Shown piece after piece: positions 35,941 through 44,742 of a DNA stretch of 64,000 bases. The DNA comes from Candidatus Wildermuthbacteria bacterium. GTDB lineage: Bacteria; Patescibacteriota; Minisyncoccia; Minisyncoccales; UBA10102. A program made the translations under genes and the position numbers. The stretch lies in the NCBI GenBank assembly GCA_016186115.1, contig JACPMK010000003.1, positions 26,470 through 90,469 of the forward strand. The letters are read 5' to 3'. The notes under the pieces were generated by a model. That model was not told where the DNA came from and searched no databases. It was given only the letters and a program-made list of their open reading frames with translations. Numbering within the stretch: position 1 is the stretch's first letter; each line of letters starts with the position of its first letter.

Positions 35941-36810
35941 ATGGATATCCCTAAAAATCTTCTGGACTTTCAGCCAATTCAAGCATTTGTGAAGGGTATT
36001 GGCAAAGACGTGGAGAATTACTTTGGAAAAGATGATGGAGCTATCATCTATCTTCAGCCAGACGGCATTTGGTATGCGGAAGGATTGTATCAATGGTTGA
36101 GACAGCGTAAGCAGAATCTTGTCATTGCTACCATGGAAGATGACGGCGCTGGCTTAGAGGAAGATAAGGTGAAGGGGAGAAAAGTTCTTGTGGTGGACAA
36201 CGACGTGGTTACCGGCAAGGCGTACAAAAGGGCCATGGAAGCCTTGCGGGTGCGCAAGCGACGCCTGAATATAAGAGATATAAAATTCGCTACTTTCTTT
36301 GATCGGATCGGTGTGGCCGATTTCTTTGTTGAAAAATATTCGGCGGAAGCGATCTGGCATTTTGATGAATTTGATGCGGTGGACCTGAAAATTATTAAAC
36401 AGCTGGCGCAGGATGGGAAAAAACCGCTCGCAGAGATTGGGAAAGCAGTTGGCTTGAGCGCGGTTTCGGTGAAAAATCGTATCGACAAGCTTGTGGCATC
36501 CAAGACCCTTGAAATCAGGGGTATGCTGCGCATCGATCAGTTTTTTGTCATTGCCGGGCATATCTTTATTGAAGCCGACGGAGCAACAATTTCTAAACTT
36601 CTTGAGCAATTCGAACATATGCAAGAAGTGCTCCATGTTGCGAGAACCATCGGGAAGTGGAATTTACTTGTGTGCGTTCTTGGGCACAACGTGGAGAGCA
36701 TCGAACAATTTATTAATAGTACCATTCATACTCATGCAGGAGTGAAGCGCCTCGAGGTGTATCTTGGGGAACTTCCTGCCAAACCAAAGCTACTTCTCCC
36801 GCAAGCGTAG
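35941..36810 (+). CDS. Fusion protein: phosphoribosyltransferase-like domain + Lrp/AsnC-type HTH and RAM domain
   Basis: N-terminal KVLVVDNDVVTGKAY (PRPP-loop-like). C-terminal DLKIIKQLAQDGKKPLAEIGKAVGLSAVSVKNRIDKL HTH, followed by an about 80-aa ACT/RAM-like module. Confidence 0.65.
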   Translation: MDIPKNLLDFQPIQAFVKGIGKDVENYFGKDDGAIIYLQPDGIWYAEGLYQWLRQRKQNLVIATMEDDGAGLEEDKVKGRKVLVVDNDVVTGKAYKRAMEALRVRKRRLNIRDIKFATFFDRIGVADFFVEKYSAEAIWHFDEFDAVDLKIIKQLAQDGKKPLAEIGKAVGLSAVSVKNRIDKLVASKTLEIRGMLRIDQFFVIAGHIFIEADGATISKLLEQFEHMQEVLHVARTIGKWNLLVCVLGHNVESIEQFINSTIHTHAGVKRLEVYLGELPAKPKLLLPQA

Positions 36811-36869
36811 ACGTCCTTTTGTTCTTGTTGAGGTTGCAGGTTGTTTTGTCTGTGGTAGAATACATCTCA

Positions 36870-37976
36870 ATGCTCTCTAAAAGGAGAGCTAAAGAGGAGG
36901 AGGGAAAGGTGGTAACAGCTCGAACTGCAGTGAAAGTTGAAGAGGAAAGAACGGCGGCGGCATTGCATGAGCTCGTGGAGGAATTCTTCCGTACAGGCCG
37001 CTTGGTGGTTTTGGAGGCGTACGAGAGAGGATTGGGACGGCAGACACTTAGCGAGGTTCTCCATCGAAAGCGGGCGGAGGATGTGAAGATAGAGGCTGAT
37101 GACATAGGGGATGGCCTTTGGAAAGCGTTGCTAAGTGGGAGCAAGGAGGATCTCCAAGTATTACGCAAAATGCTTGCGATCTTTGGGAGCGTCTCTCTTG
37201 TATCAGCCGTAGAACGTTCCATCGGGAAAGCCCAAGAGCTGAAGAGAAGGCATCCGATCCTCGGCAAAATAAGGGTTCACTCCGAACATGGGGAGTACGG
37301 GAGCAGTGACCCACTGATCATTTGCTACATCGATCCCTTAGATGGGAGCGATGAATTTCGAAATAGGATCTCGGGGTGCTGGTACATTGCTGTGAGCTTT
37401 TTCAGTAAGGCCTTAAAACCTATTGCAGCAGCAATGCTCGATATTGGGCTTGGCGAGATGTTCTTTGTGCCCTCTCCTAGGGGAGATGGGAAGGTGCACG
37501 TTAAGTTCTTTGACTCCGGCAGAGAACGTTTTGAGAGCCCGATCTCGGCAAAAGTGCTCCCCAAAAAGGGCACAATCCTTGTATACATGGGTCGAGAAAA
37601 TTATCTCCGGTCATTCCTTGAGGTGGCATCCTTCGTTCACGATGAAGCGTACGAAGGACTCACTCTGCATGGAAAGGGCGGATCATTCATCTATGCATGG
37701 CTTGCAGCTGGCAGGGGCCTGGCTTACATCATGGCGAATGAGCCAGTGAACGAGATCCTCCCCGGGATAGGATTTGCAAAGCTCATGGGCTGCCCCGTGT
37801 GGGTTGTGTGGAAAGATGGCAGAAGGGAGCAATTCGATATTGAAAGACACGGCAAATTAGCTCGCGTTGACTATCTGGTAGTTGCTTGCAACGAGCGGTT
37901 TGGAGAGAATCTTCTTCCAAAGCTCAAGCTGCCGCAGCCAGGGTGGCTGTTGGAGCGAGAATTAGTTATGGTGTGA
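36870..37976 (+). CDS. Divergent inositol monophosphatase / FBPase-fold family protein
   Basis: YIDPLDGSDEF (DPxDGT-like) and GKGGSFIYAWLAAGRG motifs. Looks G+C-richer than its neighbours. Start uncertain. Confidence 0.55.
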   Translation: MLSKRRAKEEEGKVVTARTAVKVEEERTAAALHELVEEFFRTGRLVVLEAYERGLGRQTLSEVLHRKRAEDVKIEADDIGDGLWKALLSGSKEDLQVLRKMLAIFGSVSLVSAVERSIGKAQELKRRHPILGKIRVHSEHGEYGSSDPLIICYIDPLDGSDEFRNRISGCWYIAVSFFSKALKPIAAAMLDIGLGEMFFVPSPRGDGKVHVKFFDSGRERFESPISAKVLPKKGTILVYMGRENYLRSFLEVASFVHDEAYEGLTLHGKGGSFIYAWLAAGRGLAYIMANEPVNEILPGIGFAKLMGCPVWVVWKDGRREQFDIERHGKLARVDYLVVACNERFGENLLPKLKLPQPGWLLERELVMV

Positions 37977-37991
37977 CCATAACTATCAATC

Positions 37992-38040
37992 AAAGGGGCC
38001 TCTGGAGGTTTTCCCCAGAGGCCCCTTTTACTTTCTTTTT
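37992..38040 (+). terminator. Strong rho-independent terminator
   Basis: 14-bp perfect stem AAAGGGGCCTCTGG / CCAGAGGCCCCTTT followed by TACTTTCTTTTT. Confidence 0.85.
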
Positions 38041-38049
38041 GGAAACCCC

Positions 38050-38077
38050 TTGACAAATATTTTGCAATTCATACAAT
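38050..38077 (+). promoter_or_regulatory. Sigma70-type promoter of the greA leader
   Basis: TTGACA (38050-55), 16-nt spacer, TACAAT (38072-77). Confidence 0.6.
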
Positions 38078-38083
38078 GATATA

Positions 38084-38330
38084 TGATGTGGATTCGCCGT
38101 TAGGAAAATTAGGGCATTCACGGAGTGTTTGTTAGGATTTTGAAGCAGGTCAACATCATGGTACAACATTTGCAGCAAAATTGTTTTCGACAGTTCTCTC
38201 TCAAAAAGCTCAATAACCAGAAAGCCATTATTGAGATTTCGATTATTGCGCACAGCCGGATTTGTTGACAATACATATCATTAGTACTGCATCGTCAATA
38301 AATCTGGCTCTCGCAAGCCAGATTTTTTTC
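38084..38330 (+). promoter_or_regulatory. About 245-nt greA leader: candidate leader-peptide attenuator (Ile-rich micro-ORF 38158..38268, antiterminator/terminator alternative)
   Basis: Micro-ORF MVQHLQQNCFRQFSLKKLNNQKAIIEISIIAHSRIC. A 16-bp helix 38254-69 / 38294-309 competes with terminator AATCTGGCT-CTCGCA-AGCCAGATT + T7 (38301-38330). No room for a promoter before greA. Confidence 0.5.
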
Positions 38331-38352
38331 TTCAATAATATTCTCACTACGT

Positions 38353-38838
38353 ATGACAACTCAAACAACAACTCAACCCCCAAAATTTTATCTCACCAAA
38401 GAAGGACTCAAAAAAGTCCAAAAAGAATACGACAAGCTCCTTGAATTCCGCTCGCTGAAAATGAAGGGCGAAGTGCCCAGTATTTTGCATTCCGAAGATG
38501 TAAATCCTGATTACCTTACATTCCAAGAAGATATGAACTTGCTCGAATCCCGCATCGCCGAGTGCGAAAATATTCTCAAAAATGTTGAGTTGATTCAAAC
38601 TCCGAAAGAAGAAAAAAATATGGTCTGGTTAGGAGCAACAGTTACTCTTGAGGAAGTTCCAGACGGAACAATTAATGAGTACACTCTTCTGGGAACTCTT
38701 GAGGCGAATCCCGCAGAGGGTAAAATTTCTTCGGAATCCCCTGTGGGGCGGTCTCTTCTTGGGAAAAGAATAGGAGAAGAGGTGGTGATCAGTTCTCCTA
38801 TCCGAGTTGTCTACAAAGTTAAGAAAATTATTTATTAG
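38353..38838 (+). CDS. greA: Transcription elongation factor GreA
   Basis: N-terminal coiled coil (LTKEGLKKVQKEYDKL) and C-terminal FKBP-like domain (ISSESPVGRSLLGKRIGEEV). Confidence 0.85.
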   Translation: MTTQTTTQPPKFYLTKEGLKKVQKEYDKLLEFRSLKMKGEVPSILHSEDVNPDYLTFQEDMNLLESRIAECENILKNVELIQTPKEEKNMVWLGATVTLEEVPDGTINEYTLLGTLEANPAEGKISSESPVGRSLLGKRIGEEVVISSPIRVVYKVKKIIY

Positions 38839-38912
38839 ATTCATTTTAGCTTTTTTGGAGAATTATTATTCGTTGCGATAAGAACTAGATCGCAGGCGGT
38901 CTAGTTTTATTT

Positions 38913-40253
38913 ATGCTGTTTCGTGCATCTGTTATGCAACAACTTCTCAAATTTTTTTTGGAAGCGTCTCTATTAAAAACCACCCAAAGGACCGGGTGGG
39001 TTTGGAGAGGAATTTCGAATCCAGAAACCGTCGCAGAACATTCCTTTCGGTTAGCTTTTTTTGCATGGGTTTTAGGGAGGAAGGCCAACTTAAATACGAA
39101 TCGCTTGATTAAACTGGCACTCTTGCATGATATTTGTGAAGTGTATGCCGGTGACTTAACGCCCCATTATGGCACAGCCCGCTACAAAGAAATTATACGA
39201 TCAAAAGAGAAGAGGGGGGCCCTGCTGAAGCGCTGGATTCGCCTTCCGCGGAAGGAAAAAATAAAAGCCGCACGGCTCCGATTTCTTGCAGAGAAGCACG
39301 CTCTATTGCAAATCTTAAGGTTCTTGCCCCGAGAAAAACGTCAGGAGCTGCTCTCTTTGTGGATTGATTTTGAGAAGGGCAGAACAGCCGAAGGCAGATT
39401 TGTAAAACAACTCGATAAGATAGAGGTTCTTTTACAAGCCATTGAATACTTTGGAGTTGGGCAAAACACTTTTGTAACTGCATGGTGGGAGGAAGCAGAA
39501 GAACTGGTAGAGCACCCCGCTCTTCGGAGTTTTTTGAAGGCGCTTGAACAAAAACTTTACTACAAAGAAAAAACAGAGATGGATCCCCTCATTGACTTTT
39601 TGATGCAGATAGGAAAGTTGAAGAGAGCGCCATTGTATATATGGGTACTACGAAAAGTGAAGAATCCCGACTCAGTAGCAAATCACATATTTATGCTTGC
39701 GTTGATGGTCTGGCTGCTTTCTAGGGAAGAGAAACGTGTGTTTGATGCTGGAAGAGTCATAAAGATTGCTCTCTGTTCTGGCCTCTACGCAATACATCAG
39801 CCAGTCGTTACAAGCAGTTATGCCAAGGCTTTAGTGGGCGTAAAAACAGAAAAAGCAAGAGAAGAATTGTTAAAGAAATGGATTCGATATTCTGTAGAAG
39901 AAAAAAAAGCAATCGCAAGAGAACGCTATTCCCAAGAACGGCTAGCCGTTCAGAGGCTCGTTTCTTCATTAGGTGAAGATCTTCAAAAAGAGATTATTGG
40001 GTCATGGAGCGAATATCGAGATAGCCAGACCTCCGAAGCTCGCTTTGCCAATCAAGTATACGTTCTTGAACTTTTAACCCGAGCTCTTCAATATTGGACG
40101 AAAGATAAAGATTTTCCTATCAAGGCGTGGTGGGAATGGGCATTTGAAAGATCGGATACGCAGCAGAATTTACAATTCATGGCAGCATTAAAAAAGAAAT
40201 TTTACGTCTCGTCTCGCGTAGCTCGTAACAAAAAGGAAAGAGGGACTAGATAA
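38913..40253 (+). CDS. Tandem HD-domain protein (YfbR-like 5'-nucleotidase fold x2, second copy degenerate)
   Basis: First half has RTGW...VAEHSFR...LLHDICEVYAGD. The second half keeps VANH, but HD is replaced by SG (ALCSGLYA). Confidence 0.7.
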   Translation: MLFRASVMQQLLKFFLEASLLKTTQRTGWVWRGISNPETVAEHSFRLAFFAWVLGRKANLNTNRLIKLALLHDICEVYAGDLTPHYGTARYKEIIRSKEKRGALLKRWIRLPRKEKIKAARLRFLAEKHALLQILRFLPREKRQELLSLWIDFEKGRTAEGRFVKQLDKIEVLLQAIEYFGVGQNTFVTAWWEEAEELVEHPALRSFLKALEQKLYYKEKTEMDPLIDFLMQIGKLKRAPLYIWVLRKVKNPDSVANHIFMLALMVWLLSREEKRVFDAGRVIKIALCSGLYAIHQPVVTSSYAKALVGVKTEKAREELLKKWIRYSVEEKKAIARERYSQERLAVQRLVSSLGEDLQKEIIGSWSEYRDSQTSEARFANQVYVLELLTRALQYWTKDKDFPIKAWWEWAFERSDTQQNLQFMAALKKKFYVSSRVARNKKERGTR

Positions 40254-40273
40254 TCTTTATAGCTAGTCCCTCT

Positions 40274-40870
40274 TTACTCCTGCTCTTCTTTCCACCAGAT
40301 AAGTTCTTCTGGATTCTGCAAGAGTACTGCCCAGAGTGCTTTTGCGCTTTGCGTAACGATACGGAGCTCTATCTCCTTAATGAACTCGGCGGTATCGTAC
40401 CCTTCTTTTCTGTAGAATAGTGCTTGAATGCCCTGCTCAATAATCATGGCATCATGGACCACTTTCGACTCTATGGTTGTGTTCTCATGATATTCTTTGA
40501 GCAGCTCTTCGAGGAGGTTCTTGGCAGAAGAGGGGAGGCCTGCTCTTTGTTTTTCTTCTGCCGCTTGGTCGATTTCTATCTTTTTAACCCCTAGATTTTC
40601 CAGAAGTCGCGCGAGTGGCCGAGCGATGTCTCCCGTTCTGGATTCTCCAATATCGTGGAGAGTTGCCATTGTGCAACACCGGAAGGGGTTCGCGTTCTCT
40701 TCCTCAGCTAGTAAAACCGCAATGATCGCAGTAACGAAGGTATGGTCCGCAACGGATTCAACCTTCGAAGGGGAAACTCCAACGCGGAACCAACCGGTCC
40801 GAGGGAGTACCTTTAGGGTGAACGCTTCTATAATAAACCTTGCTATTCCTCTTAATTCTTCTGTTTCCAT
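40274..40870 (-). CDS. HD-domain phosphohydrolase (YfbR-like)
   Basis: PRTGW...VADHTF...TLHDIGESRTGD motif set. Confidence 0.75.
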   Translation of the reverse strand: METEELRGIARFIIEAFTLKVLPRTGWFRVGVSPSKVESVADHTFVTAIIAVLLAEEENANPFRCCTMATLHDIGESRTGDIARPLARLLENLGVKKIEIDQAAEEKQRAGLPSSAKNLLEELLKEYHENTTIESKVVHDAMIIEQGIQALFYRKEGYDTAEFIKEIELRIVTQSAKALWAVLLQNPEELIWWKEEQE

Positions 40871-40983
40871 CTTGTCCTCCCATGCCCTATATTTTGTGGG
40901 TGCGTGCTATATTGATAACATAAGCATTATCTTAAAGCAAATATTCCGACTCGCAATTGGCGATCTCGTTTTGTTAGCTTATA

Positions 40984-41988
40984 ATGAGAAGAATGAAAAA
41001 GATTGGTTTTTTTGTTTTGTTTTTTGCTGGCGGGGTTGCGCTGTTTTGGTGGACCATTGATCACATTGGATGGCAGGAAATTTTTCAGGCAGCCCAGAAT
41101 TTTTCATTTGTTCAGGCCGTCGTCATTCTTCTGCTTACTCTTGCAATGGTAATAGTTGGGATTTGGCGCTGGAGAATGATTCTTGGATATACGGGGTACT
41201 CCCTTCCTCTGCGTAAGCTTAGTGGGCTTTTCCTCGGGGGCTTTGGCATCACCTATTTCGTTCCCATGGTAATTCTGGGAGGGGAATTATTTCGCGCCTA
41301 TGCCTTAAAAGAACAACATCAAATTCCTTTCCAGAAGGGTTTGGCTTCGGTAAGCATCGAACGAATTTTAGAGATTACAACAAATTTTTTCTTTGGTATC
41401 ATTGGGCTTCTTGTTTTGGCTTTTCAGACCGAGACCATTCCTCCCAAAGGGGTCTTGGCCCTCATGGCGGTCGCATTGATTTTTGGCATTGTTATTCTTT
41501 TTTTCTATTTCCAAAGTTTCCGCAGAGAAAGTATTCTTCATATTTTTTTTCGGAAACGAGATTCTGATCTGGATGGTTTGGAGCAAGATGTACTCGGATT
41601 TTTTTATTGGAAAAACCGCTGGCTAAGAATTGGATTTGCGCTTTCTCTGTTGAGAAGCGGAATTGCTTTTGCAAGAACAATAGTTCTGATATTTTTTCTT
41701 ACCAATACGATAGAGCTTCTCCCTGCGCTTTCTATTCTTGGGTTTTACTATATCGCTTTGCTCCTGCCTATTTCTGCGTTGCTCGGTTCCCATGACGCAC
41801 TGCAGGCCTTCGCCTTTCAGGCATTCGGGCTTCAGCCCTCTGGGGGTGCTGCATTCGCGTTGATTATCCGCGGAGTCGAATTTCTGGTCGCTATTGTGGG
41901 GTTAATTATTGTGAGCGTAACGGGGACAAGATTATTTATTCGTCGGACCCTGGGAAGGGTTGAAGGAATTGTTCGTCATTTACCCTAG
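40984..41988 (+). CDS. Flippase-like / lysylphosphatidylglycerol-synthase TM-region family membrane protein
   Basis: About 8 TM helices. The N-terminal pattern (FFVLFFAGGVALFWWTIDHIGWQEI) is typical of the UPF0104/LPG_synthase_TM family. Confidence 0.65.
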   Translation: MRRMKKIGFFVLFFAGGVALFWWTIDHIGWQEIFQAAQNFSFVQAVVILLLTLAMVIVGIWRWRMILGYTGYSLPLRKLSGLFLGGFGITYFVPMVILGGELFRAYALKEQHQIPFQKGLASVSIERILEITTNFFFGIIGLLVLAFQTETIPPKGVLALMAVALIFGIVILFFYFQSFRRESILHIFFRKRDSDLDGLEQDVLGFFYWKNRWLRIGFALSLLRSGIAFARTIVLIFFLTNTIELLPALSILGFYYIALLLPISALLGSHDALQAFAFQAFGLQPSGGAAFALIIRGVEFLVAIVGLIIVSVTGTRLFIRRTLGRVEGIVRHLP

Positions 41989-41991
41989 AAT

Positions 41992-43737
41992 ATGCAAAAT
42001 CAAAAACTCGCCTCTATTCTCGCAACAATCTCTGCGTATCTGGCAATGGATGATGTTCCATTCAAGCCCCAAGCATATGAGCAGGCCGCAACTGCAGTGC
42101 AGGCGCTTTCAGAAGACGTGGAGGATATCTACAGAAAAGAGGGCTTGAAGGGCCTTGAACGGATTCCCGGCGTAGGAAAAAGTATTGCAGAGAAAATTGA
42201 AGAATATATAAAGACCGGTAGGATGCAATATTATGAAGAGTATCGCAAAAAAATCCCGGTGGATGTGGAAGAACTCATGGCAATTGAGGGAATAGGGCCA
42301 AAGACCGTGAAGACGCTGTACCAGCATTTAAAGATCAAAAATCTTGGGGATTTGGAACGGGCAGCAAAAGCAGGAAAAATCCGAAAGCTTCCTCATTTTG
42401 GTGAGAAAACTGAAAAGAATATTTTGCAAGGGATCGAATTCGTCAAAAACTCCAGCGGTAGAAAATTAATAGGATATATTTATCCTTATGTGGAAGAGAT
42501 TGTCGCGCTTTTAAAAAATTCCGGCCTTGTGGAGGAGGTAATTGCCGCAGGATCTTTTCGCCGCATGAAAGAAACCGTGGGAGATGTTGATATTTTGGTT
42601 ACAACCGGGCGCGATAACGAAAAAGAGATTGTGGAATATTTTCTTTCCCATGTCCCCTATGTAAAAATTTGGGGAAGGGGCTCGACCAAAGTTTCTATAC
42701 GCACCACGCAGGACTTTGATATAGACATACGCATTCTCCCCCAGAAGGCTTATGGGGCCGCTCTCCAATATTTTACTGGTTCAAAAGAGCATAATGTGAA
42801 AGTAAGAACGTATGCGTTGCAAAAGGGATTGAAGGTAAGCGAGTACGGGGTATTCCGGGGGAGAAAGCTTGTTGCGGGCAAGACCGAAGAAGAAGTATAC
42901 AAAGCCCTTGGATTGCCGTATATTGAGCCCGAATTACGCGAAGATCAGGGAGAATTTGAAGCAGCCCTCCGACTGGAACCCCCAAAGGTTATCCCATACA
43001 ATGCTCTGCGAGGAGATCTTCAGGTGCAAACAAATTGGACCGATGGCGCCCATTCTATCGAACAGATGGCAGAGGCAGCAACGAAACAGGGCTTGGAGTA
43101 TATCGCAATTACTGATCATACCAAGGATCTTGCCATGACCGGCGGCTGCGACGAAAAAAAGCTTTTGCGGCAGATGACAGAGATCGATGCAATAAATGTA
43201 AAATTAAAAATTAAAAATTTAACATTCAGAATTTTAAAGGGGGCGGAGGTGAATATAAGAAGAGATGGTACGCTTGATATTGCAGATGAGGTGTTGGCTA
43301 AACTTGATGTGGTAGGGGCTTCGGTGCATTCGTTGTTTAAAATGAATAAAAAAGACATGACCGAAAGGATTATCCGGGCCATGCGCAATCCTCATGTTGA
43401 TATTTTATTCCATCCCACCGGACGGATTATTCAAAAGCGTGATCCTTACGAATTAGATATGGACGAGATTATCAGGGTTGCAAAAGAGACGGGGACGATT
43501 CTGGAAGTAAATGCATATCCCGAACGTCTTGACCTTAAAGATACTGATGTTCGAAAGGCAGTGAATGCAGGGGTAAAGCTTGTGATTGACTCTGATGCCC
43601 ACCATGCCGATCATTTTCGATTTCTGCGCTTTGGGATTGCGCAGGCAAGGAGGGGCTGGGCAGAAGCAAAAGATGTAGTCAATACCCTTCCCTTAAAGCA
43701 GTTTCTTGTTTCATTAAAAGATCGAAAAAAGATCTGA
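41992..43737 (+). CDS. polX: Family X DNA polymerase with C-terminal PHP domain (PolX)
   Basis: HhH motifs (GVGKSIAEKI, GIGPKTVK), catalytic GSFRRMKETVGDVDILV, PHP motifs (ITDHT, HPTGR, DSDAHH). Confidence 0.9.
   Translation: MQNQKLASILATISAYLAMDDVPFKPQAYEQAATAVQALSEDVEDIYRKEGLKGLERIPGVGKSIAEKIEEYIKTGRMQYYEEYRKKIPVDVEELMAIEGIGPKTVKTLYQHLKIKNLGDLERAAKAGKIRKLPHFGEKTEKNILQGIEFVKNSSGRKLIGYIYPYVEEIVALLKNSGLVEEVIAAGSFRRMKETVGDVDILVTTGRDNEKEIVEYFLSHVPYVKIWGRGSTKVSIRTTQDFDIDIRILPQKAYGAALQYFTGSKEHNVKVRTYALQKGLKVSEYGVFRGRKLVAGKTEEEVYKALGLPYIEPELREDQGEFEAALRLEPPKVIPYNALRGDLQVQTNWTDGAHSIEQMAEAATKQGLEYIAITDHTKDLAMTGGCDEKKLLRQMTEIDAINVKLKIKNLTFRILKGAEVNIRRDGTLDIADEVLAKLDVVGASVHSLFKMNKKDMTERIIRAMRNPHVDILFHPTGRIIQKRDPYELDMDEIIRVAKETGTILEVNAYPERLDLKDTDVRKAVNAGVKLVIDSDAHHADHFRFLRFGIAQARRGWAEAKDVVNTLPLKQFLVSLKDRKKI
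43201..43235 (+). repeat. Heptanucleotide-periodic tract inside polX
   Basis: AAATTAA AAATTAA AAATTTA ACATTCA GAATTTT, translated KLKIKNLTFRIL. Confidence 0.6.
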
Positions 43738-43740
43738 AGT

Positions 43741-44178
43741 ATGAAATACGAACGATCTGCAGGCGCAATTGTATTCCGAATGGTACGAGGTAAGCCATCG
43801 TATCTTTTGCTTCATTACCCTTCTTCGGCAAGAACAGAGCGTGATTACTGGGATTTTCCAAAGGGCCACATAGAAAAACAGGAGGAAGATCAGGCGGCGG
43901 CGAAAAGAGAAATTACAGAGGAGACAGGCCTTGTTGATATCCAATTCCTTGAGGGGTTTGTCGAGACCATTCATTACTTTTTCTTTTTGCAGGGCCGGCG
44001 AATCTCCAAAACCGTTATTTTTTTTCTTGCAGAAACGAAAAAAAAGAAGGTTTGCATTTCTCCCGAGCACGTCGGTTTTCAATGGCTGCCGTTTCAAGGG
44101 GCATTGTCTCTTCTCAAATACAAAAACGCCAAGCATCTCCTTCTTAAGGCAAACGAATTTCTCGAACAGAATGCCTAG
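43741..44178 (+). CDS. NUDIX hydrolase
   Basis: Nudix box GHIEKQEEDQAAAKREITEETGL. Confidence 0.85.
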   Translation: MKYERSAGAIVFRMVRGKPSYLLLHYPSSARTERDYWDFPKGHIEKQEEDQAAAKREITEETGLVDIQFLEGFVETIHYFFFLQGRRISKTVIFFLAETKKKKVCISPEHVGFQWLPFQGALSLLKYKNAKHLLLKANEFLEQNA

Positions 44179-44522
44179 CGTTTTACTGTTTCGATGATTT
44201 TTTGGAATATTTTGGGCTCTTGTTGAGCGAGTTGCGCCAAGATTTTTCGGTCAAGTCCGATATTGCGTTTTTTAAGCGAAGAGATCAGTTTGCTAAATGA
44301 AATTCCTGCTTCTCTTGCTGCTGCATTGATTTGGACCTGCCAAAGCTGGCGAAAGCTTCTTTTCTTTGCTTTTCGGTCCCGAAAAGAATGTTGCCATGCA
44401 TGAATAAGGGCTTCTTTTGCCAGGCGATATTTTGATTTTCTTCCCCAGCGGAATCCTTTCGTGTCGGAAAGAAGATGCTTGCGACGCTTGTGCGCCATTG
44501 TTCCGCGTTTAACCCGGGCCAT
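44175..44522 (-). CDS. rplT: 50S ribosomal protein L20
   Basis: MARVKRGTMAHKRRKHLL... is classic L20. Confidence 0.95.
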   Translation of the reverse strand: MARVKRGTMAHKRRKHLLSDTKGFRWGRKSKYRLAKEALIHAWQHSFRDRKAKKRSFRQLWQVQINAAAREAGISFSKLISSLKKRNIGLDRKILAQLAQQEPKIFQKIIETVKR

Positions 44523-44525
44523 AGA

Positions 44526-44741
44526 TTATGAGCTTATTGCTTTTTTAATTTGTTGAATCTCTGAAGAAGACAAAGCGATCCATTTGCGTAGATTTCTTCG
44601 TGCTTTGCCTGATTTCTTTGCTAAAAAGTGATCTTGTCCTGTGGGTCTTCGGAGTATTTTTCCTGATCGTGTAAATCGAAAACGCTTCAAAATCGCCTTC
44701 CGTGTTTTTGCTTTTATTTTTTTGGTTCCTTTTTTTGCCAT
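44526..44741 (-). CDS. rpmI: 50S ribosomal protein L35
   Basis: KTRKAILKRFRFTRSGKILRR pattern, in infC-rpmI-rplT order. Confidence 0.9.
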   Translation of the reverse strand: MAKKGTKKIKAKTRKAILKRFRFTRSGKILRRPTGQDHFLAKKSGKARRNLRKWIALSSSEIQQIKKAISS

Positions 44742-44742
44742 A

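Noticed and set aside
36713-37267. 184-aa minus-strand ORF
   Set aside because: It is antisense to the IMPase-fold gene, rich in S/R/T low-complexity sequence, and has no motif. It is a typical shadow ORF in a G+C-richer stretch.
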